Source: Octopus sinensis
Lineage: Eukaryota
Direction: 5' to 3'
DNA: 64,000 nucleotides
Assembly (NCBI RefSeq): GCF_006345805.1
Contig: NC_043018.1
Coordinates: forward strand, 29,512,001-29,576,000
Shown: piece by piece, positions 56,945-64,000 of the stretch
How the letters are laid out: the number at the start of each line of letters is the position of its first letter
Numbering within the stretch: the first letter of the stretch is position 1
Made by a program: the position numbers and the translations under genes
The notes under the pieces: generated by a model
The model's input: only the letters and a program-made list of their open reading frames with translations
Databases searched by the model: none
What the model was told of the DNA's origin: nothing

Positions 56945-57163
56945 GTTGTTTTTGTTGTTGTTGTTATTATTATTATTGTTGCTGTTATTACTATTATTTT
57001 GCTATTATGATTGTTAGTATGTTTTGTAGTGTTTGTCAGTGAGTTGGCAGAATCGTTAGGGCCTCGTACAAAATGGTTACAGGAATTTCTTCCGACTCTT
57101 CCTCTTACCGAGCTGCGCTCATATCCTGTCCGATGAACTTTGCCATTCATCCTTTCGAAATCG

Positions 57164-57198
<35 letters not shown>

Positions 57199-57206
57199 TA
57201 ATAATA

Positions 57207-57249
<43 letters not shown>

Positions 57250-57258
57250 TAAATAATA

Positions 57259-57301
<43 letters not shown>

Positions 57302-57304
<3 letters not shown>

Positions 57305-58785
57305 GCATTCAGCGATGACATCGGGATGGAGTTTGGACTTGAGAAGTGTGCCAAGGCCACTTTCCAGAAAGGGAAAGTGAAGACCACAAATTCAGTCGTG
57401 TTAGATGTTGACACAGTCATAGAGAGCTTGAGCAAGAACAGACATACAAATATTTAGGGATAAATGAAGGCTCTGGTATTCAGCATGCAAGCATGAAAGA
57501 GAAAATCAGGAAGGAATGTTATAGGAGAGTTCGTGCAGTCCTGAAATCTGAACTAAATGCACGTAACAAGGTGTTAGCTATAAATTCTTTAGCAGTTCCA
57601 GTTGTTACTTATAGCTACAATGTGTTGAACTGGAATATGAGTGAAGTAAAGAATATAGATAGAAAAATACGCAAGCTGCTGAGTTGTAATAGGATGCACC
57701 ACCCAAAGGCAGACGTAGATCGCCTTTACCTTCCCAGAGCCCAAGGAGGTCGAGGCCTGATCCAATTTGAACTAGCTTACAAAACAACCACAATTGGACT
57801 GGCCAAATATCTCGAAATATCGAATGACTGGATGCTAAAGCTCATGGAAAATCACGAGAGACGAAAGAAGCTTCATTCTATCATCAAGGAAAGCAAAAAA
57901 TTTGCTATTGATCTCGTGCAGGATACCCAAACTGAAAAACCCGAGGGAAGTACGGCAACTATTGTTGCAAAGAAGGTGAAAATGATGGCAATGAAAAAAG
58001 CGCACGAGCAATTGGCTGATAGGTGGGAGGAGAAACCTCTGCACGGCAAATATGTGACCCGCAGCAAACAAGCTGATGTTGACCAGAAGCAAACCCATCA
58101 GTGGCTGCGGAGCTCAGGGCTAAAAGCAGAGAGCGAAGTTTCATCCTGGCTGCTCAAGACCAAAGCCTATTAACCCGGAACTACCAGGCCAATGTGATGA
58201 AAAATGGAGCAGACCCAAAATGCCGATTCTGCAACGACATGATTGAAACAGTGGACCACCTAATCTCTGGATGTAAAGTCTTAGCACCAGTGGAGTATAA
58301 ATTAAGACATGACAGAGTTGGCCAATATCTCCACTGGCTAATAAGTCGGCATTACAATATCAAAACTGCCGACAAGTGGTATAATCACCACCCTGAGGCT
58401 GTAACTGAAGGAGAAAATGTAACCATTCTGTGGGACTTTCCAGTACATACAGACCGAACCATCAAGGCCAATAAACCAGATATTGTTGTGAAAGACCAAA
58501 ACAATAAAGTTTGCTTATTGATCGACATGAGAATCCCCTGTGATCATAATATCTCAGCGAAAGAGTTTGACAAGCTCAGAATATAAAGACCTACTCATTG
58601 AAATTGAGAAAATGTGGCATCTCAAGGCGGTTACAATACCAGTGATCGTAGGAGCACTAGGAATGATCAAGAAGGGAACCGAAAATTATATGAGAATGAT
58701 CCCTGGCTTACCATCCCTGCAAGAAGTGCAAAAGATTGTCTTAACTGGTACATCATACGTATTGAGAAGAGCATTGTCGATGTGA
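57302..58785 (+). pseudogene. RT C-terminus, zinc knuckle and restriction-like endonuclease ORF with 3 frameshifts
   Basis: Track ORFs 57493-58173, 58101-58586 and 58540-58785 plus an upstream frame join across small deletions near 57421, 58140 and 58580. Confidence 0.88.
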
Positions 58786-58958
58786 GAACTGTTGCTGCTC
58801 ATGTATTTTAATTTAACTTAAAAAAAAAAATAAAAAAAATGAACGAACTACTGAGTTTGGTTTAATGGCCTACCAATATACACTATGAGTTTCTTTGCCC
58901 TAGGAGTCGGGAAGACACTCGGCAAGAAATGGAAGAAAATTTGAAAGAAGAAAAAAAA

Positions 58959-58960
<2 letters not shown>
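57302..58960 (+). mobile_element. 5'-truncated R4/Dong-clade non-LTR retrotransposon in (TAA)n
   Basis: Late RT motifs FSDDIGMEFGLEKCA and YKYLG; CCHC knuckle CRFCNDMIETVDHLISGC; RHD motif; PD-(D/E)xK-type KPDIVVKD..LIDM restriction-like endonuclease; 3' UTR ending in (TAA)n. Confidence 0.92.
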
Positions 58961-58989
<29 letters not shown>

Positions 58990-59018
58990 ACAACAACAAC
59001 AATAATAATAATAATAAT

Positions 59019-59065
<47 letters not shown>

Positions 59066-59076
59066 TAATAATAATA

Positions 59077-59172
59077 GTGAACCCTTATCAGACGGGTAGT
59101 CATGATGGGTATACTGGGCTTCGTATATTTTACCCCAGTATCACTTTGATGGCATGCACTGCTCTCTCACTC

Positions 59173-59206
<34 letters not shown>

Positions 59207-59328
59207 TAATAATAATAATAATAATAATAATAGTGTACCCTTATCAGACGGGTAGTCATGATGGGTATACTGGGCTTCGTATATTTTACCCCAGTGTCAC
59301 TTTGATGGCATGCACTGCTCTCTCACTC

Positions 59329-59371
<43 letters not shown>

Positions 59372-59484
59372 TAATAATAATAATAATAGTGTACCCTTAT
59401 CAGACGGGTAGTCATGATGGGTATACTGGGCTTCGTATATTTTACCCCAGTGTCACTTTGATGGCATGCACTGCTCTCTCACTC
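59077..59484 (+). repeat. Three near-identical 96-bp units separated by (AAT)n, period 156 bp
   Basis: Units at 59077-59172, 59233-59328 and 59389-59484. Confidence 0.95.
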
Positions 59485-59530
59485 AATAATAATAATAATA
59501 AAATTAATAATAATAATAATAATAATAATT

Positions 59531-59561
<31 letters not shown>

Positions 59562-59926
59562 TGATGATAATAATGATAATTGAAACCGCGTTCTTACGAC
59601 CGCCAGTCCACTGCCCTAACCACTGGGCCATTGCGGCTCCACTGTTTCTGTTGTTCGCGTCATTTTATTTTTGCTGGTGCCTTTTGTTCCCAGGTTATTC
59701 CCGATTGAGTACATTTGAGGTCAAAATCTTTCCGACCGTGACGCTCCATGCTGCTTCATTTTATTTTTTCTTATATAAAGCATATACAGTTTCATTATTC
59801 ATCTCGATCTTTCTTTTTCAAGACAAATGGTGACTTGCGAAATATCTTGCTGTTTCTTGTTAATCAAACGATCAAGTAGTTGTCACTTCGCTGCAAAAGC
59901 AGTCATGCCGATCGAATTAATATGTT

Positions 59927-60347
59927 AATTCCGGTGGACCTCCATGGTCAGATGGATGCTACAGCACGCATTGTGGAGAGTAGAGAATAAGATGAAGAAG
60001 GTAACACATCTTAGTCATCCATTACATTCGTCTCTATTCGCATTCTTCTTCACCTGATCTTGCCATTAGATTGATGTTGGTCATATACTCTGCTCGTTAT
60101 ACACGACTACACACTCACTTTCAAATCTGTCATTATGTGTCAGTAGAGGTCCATATTATATGATCGTAACGACACCAATGTGATTAGTTCTACAAGAGAG
60201 TAGTTCTACATAGTGCTTCTTAGTATAAGGTGAGTTCAAAGAGGCCAAGAGATAGTTAACGTTTGTTTGATTAATAACACAGAGACATCAACACAGATAT
60301 AAAAATATTAAAACATATGCATACATACAGACACACACACACACATA

Positions 60348-60398
<51 letters not shown>

Positions 60399-60487
60399 GT
60401 ATATATATATGTATATGTATATATATATATGTATGTGTGTATATATATATATATATGTATATACAGATATATGAATATATATATGTA

Positions 60488-60536
<49 letters not shown>

Positions 60537-61606
60537 CAAAGATGCAGCAATATTAATAAAGATTTATAAACGATATTAACAACACGAACACATTAAAATA
60601 CAAATAATATTTATCTTATAAAGAATTCAATGTGTAGATATGTATGTGTATATATGAATAACAATTTATGTTAAGTGTTTTCAATATTTTATGTTGTATA
60701 CATTCATTTTATATAGCTTCTACTCATTATAAATATGAAGAAAATAACTACGCGTAGCATATATACCCATCTACTCCATCTTAAAAGCATAGAATATATT
60801 TTAATGCATAAAACGTATCCGCCATGGGGATGTTCCAACAAAAAATATATGTCAAAATAGAAATCTCCGGCAATTGGCAATACAGCATTAGGATATTTCT
60901 ATCAAGTAAAAAAAAAGAACAGAGAAATTCTGACCAACCAATTCTGTAGCAAGTTTTTCATTCGCTCTTAAAAGCATTTCCCTACTCTATCTCACTGATA
61001 TTCTTTGATGAGATTTCAATTTGAACATTCCATTACAATGAACGCCTCAACATCTTTTTTTAAATCAAATAAATTAGACTAGCAGTAAATGTTTTATAAT
61101 AGACATAAAATCATCAGTGGTTGGCCATTCGGAGGAAAATTCCGTGGCGTACGTGTCAGTAGGATTGTGTTGTTATAGGAAATACTGGAAGCAAGAATTA
61201 AATGCAGAATGGATTGAGAGACTTGGCCTGAGTATGACTTTAAGCTGCATCCGGAGGTGGGACTCTGGTTCGGGAGTTCTAGAGGTTTTGAGGAGTGTGG
61301 AATCAGTTCTTAGTCACAATTATTCCCAGATCTATTTGGAGTGGTAGCACGTATCTGAGATATGCGTTAATTAGCATATTAAGACTTGCAAAGGCAGGCA
61401 ACCCTTACTATGGCAATTCTGGTGGATCTGGTGAACTCAGTAGAAAGAAAACTTCCATGGTCAAACGGGTGGGAAAGCGGCCACAGCACTCATTATGGTT
61501 AGTAGAGAGGAATATGAAGCAAGTAAGACATCTTGGTCATCCACTACATCCGTCTCTGTTCACACTCGTCTTCACCTGATCTTGCCACTGGATTGATGAT
61601 CGTTGC
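59927..61606 (+). repeat. Two diverged copies of an unclassified interspersed repeat
   Basis: 59927-60082 and 61415-61606 share CATCTT.GTCATCCA.TACAT.CGTCTCT.TTC..A.TC.TCTTCACCTGATCTTGCCA. Confidence 0.6.
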
Positions 61607-61872
61607 AGACATGAGTGAGAGGGTGACGTTGCGCAAATCTTCTTCACTTTAAACAAAATCAGGAAGCAACTCATCAGGCATATTTAAGAATGAGAATGAT
61701 AGACACTGTGAGAAGATATAAACCACTGACTAGCAGACTGGATGCGAACCATATTCTATATTCCTGGAACGATTGCAAAATAATCAACGAAATGGTTGGA
61801 AGAAGTCGGTACAACAAAACGACAACATATGAATCTGTTAATATAATAACCTCACATACACGTAGTACTCCG

Positions 61873-62240
61873 GCGGTTACGATGACGAGGGTTCTAGTTC
61901 ATCCGATCAACGGAACAGCCTGCTCGTGAAATTAACGTGCAATTGGCTGAGCACTCCACAGATACGTGTACTCTTAACGTAGTTTTCGGGAGATTCAGCG
62001 TGATACAGTGTGTGGCAAGGTTGGCCCTTTGAAATGCAGGTACAACAGAAACAGGAAGAAAGAGTGAGAGAAAGTAGTGGTGAAAGATTTCAGCAGGGTT
62101 CGCCACCACCCCTTGCCGGAGCATCGTGGAGCTTTAGGTGTTTTCGCTCAATAAACACTCACAACGCCCGGTCTGGGAATCGAAATCACGATCCTACGAC
62201 CGCGAGTCCGCTGCCCTAACCACTAAGTCATTGCACCTCC
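61873..62240 (-). mobile_element. SINE family C, tail type 3
   Basis: Same head and body (62045-62240) with an unrelated 3' part (61873-62045). Confidence 0.8.
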
Positions 62241-62979
62241 GCATCACATACACACATAGACACATATACGGGTATGCGTTTGTGTGTGTGAGAGTGAGTG
62301 TGTGTATATGTATGCGTGTATACGTGTGTGTTTGTGTATGTCTGCCTGTCTCTGTGAGTGTGTTTATGTGTGCATTTTTAAGCGTGTGTATATGTGTGTG
62401 TTTTTGTGCATATTTGTGTATGCGTTTGTATAATAATAATACGATTTTTTTGTTCTTGGGCAGCAAGTGTTAACCCCTATTTGTTAACCCCTAGAATGTA
62501 TGAAAATTGGTTAATATTTCTTTCAAACTTTGCGTTTGTTATATTTATTCAAACCCCAAAGAATTCCCCTCAACACATGGCTATGATCATTCACAACTAC
62601 TACCCATGATTAGAGACGCAGATATTGTGAGCCACTAAGGGACATTCTGAAGTGGTTAACGTCAAACAACTAACAAGCAAATCTACCATATTAAGCAGGA
62701 AATTTGGTATAACGATAGTTCTGCTTCAACAACTTAATGCTGAATCTGAAATGTAGTGGAAAATAGGTCAGTTTCAAAACATTGATATCCAAGTTACAAA
62801 AGCAAAGTTTGAAGGGAATAGTAGTCATTTCCTTTGATTTCTAGGCAGAAGCAAATACGAAATAACACTTACTGAGCAAACACAAAATAAAATGAAAATT
62901 TTGTAACACAGTGTAATAGTGAACTGTCTATGACTACCTCACAATTCTTACAAAAGTTATAGATGTTGGGGCGCTTAGT

Positions 62980-63620
62980 TCTACAATAGGCACAAGGTCT
63001 GAAACTTTGAGGGAGGCCGTAAGTAGATCATATCGATCCCAGTACTTGACTGGTACTTAATTTATCGACCCCCAAAAGATGAAAAATAAAGTCGACCTCA
63101 GCGGAATGTAACGGCAGACGAAATACCGCTAAGCATTTTGCCCGGCTTGCTAATAATTCTGCCAGCTCACTGCTTATGGATAATATTAATAAAATTTTCC
63201 ACTCTAGGTACAAGGCCTGAAATTTTGGGGGAAGGGGGCAGTCGATTAGAGCGACCCCAGTACGCAACTGGTACTTAAATTATCGACACTGAAAGAATGA
63301 AAGGTAAAGACGACCTCGGCGAAATTTGAACTCAGAACGTAAATACTGCTAAGCATTTCGCCCGGCGTGCTAACGATTCTGCCAGCTCACCGCCTTGCAT
63401 AATATAATAATTTTTTTATTGCCCACAGGGGGCAAAACTTAGAGAGAACAAATAAGGACAGACAATGGGATTAATTCGATTACATCGACCACAGTGCGTA
63501 AGTGGTACTTAAGTAATCGACCTCAAACGGATGAAAAGCAAAGTCGACCTTGGCGGAATTTAAATTCAAAATGTAAATGCTTCTAAGCATTTCGCACGTC
63601 GTGTTAGTGTTTCTGCCGCC
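62980..63620 (-). mobile_element. Three tandem SINE family A copies
   Basis: 62980-63170, 63195-63395 and 63415-63620. Confidence 0.85.
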
Positions 63621-63699
63621 TTGCATAATATAAAGAATGATAACGGTTTGTCGTTTACTGTTTTGCTTTGTTTCGTTAATTTATTTTGTTTGTGTTTGT

Positions 63700-63985
63700 C
63701 GGGGAGTCTCTGTAGGTCGAGTGGCTACATCTTCGCATTAAAAAGTCACAGCACTGGTACCACAGGTATCTAATTAGAAGGTCGCAGCAAAGAATCGCAA
63801 AACAGTTTCTTCAAGCCGATCCAAACGGCAGGAAATTGGGGGTAGACTAAGAAAGAGATTGTTGGGTAACATCCCTGTTCTCAATTTGGCCACGCTCAGG
63901 AATTTTGTAGGATTGTGTGATAATTGTTGCTTCTGATAGGATGCTATAGCAAAGGGGCCGGAGGTCTCTACACGCAAGCCTCAAA
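63700..63985 (+). mobile_element. Decayed RTE LINE 3' fragment
   Basis: VEWLHLRIKKSQ..RIAKQFLQADPNGRK.GGRLRKR. A related piece lies on the minus strand at about 52200-52370 (RITKHILQA..GWRPMGRPTTKWWD). Confidence 0.55.
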
Positions 63986-64000
63986 GTTGATATTTGCTTA

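Noticed and set aside
56704-57435. 243-aa minus-strand ORF as a gene
   Set aside because: Chance read-through of LINE antisense, (TTA)n, a SINE and a Dong fragment.
59077-59583. CRISPR-like array or 168-aa repeat protein
   Set aside because: Repeats are 96 bp, spacers are (AAT)n, context is eukaryotic with no cas genes. The minus-strand CTGATAA lacks a properly placed GAAA, so it is not an HHR either.

Overview
AT-rich, repeat-dominated animal genomic DNA, probably intergenic or intronic. The SINE families and (TA)n/(TAA)n/(GATA)n load resemble an octopus/cephalopod genome; this is inferred from repeat content, not verified. I could not support any host protein-coding gene: almost all ORFs in the track are microsatellite or SINE translations. 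Recognisable content: dozens of tRNA-derived SINE copies (four families); RTE-clade LINE 3' fragments; a young R4/Dong-type LINE in (TAA)n; a decayed Penelope GIY-YIG element; several MITE families; a HINE/Helentron-like element. The main unexplained signal is about 14 type I hammerhead ribozyme (HHR) motifs. They sit in short non-coding units (about 360, 410, 490 and 560 nt), mostly inside (TA)n tracts. Several units have terminal redundancy, circular permutation between copies, or 5' fold-back inversions. This pattern fits a set of Penelope-dependent, circular-RNA 'retrozyme'-like elements. All alignments and folds were done by eye; coordinates of degenerate repeats are approximate.
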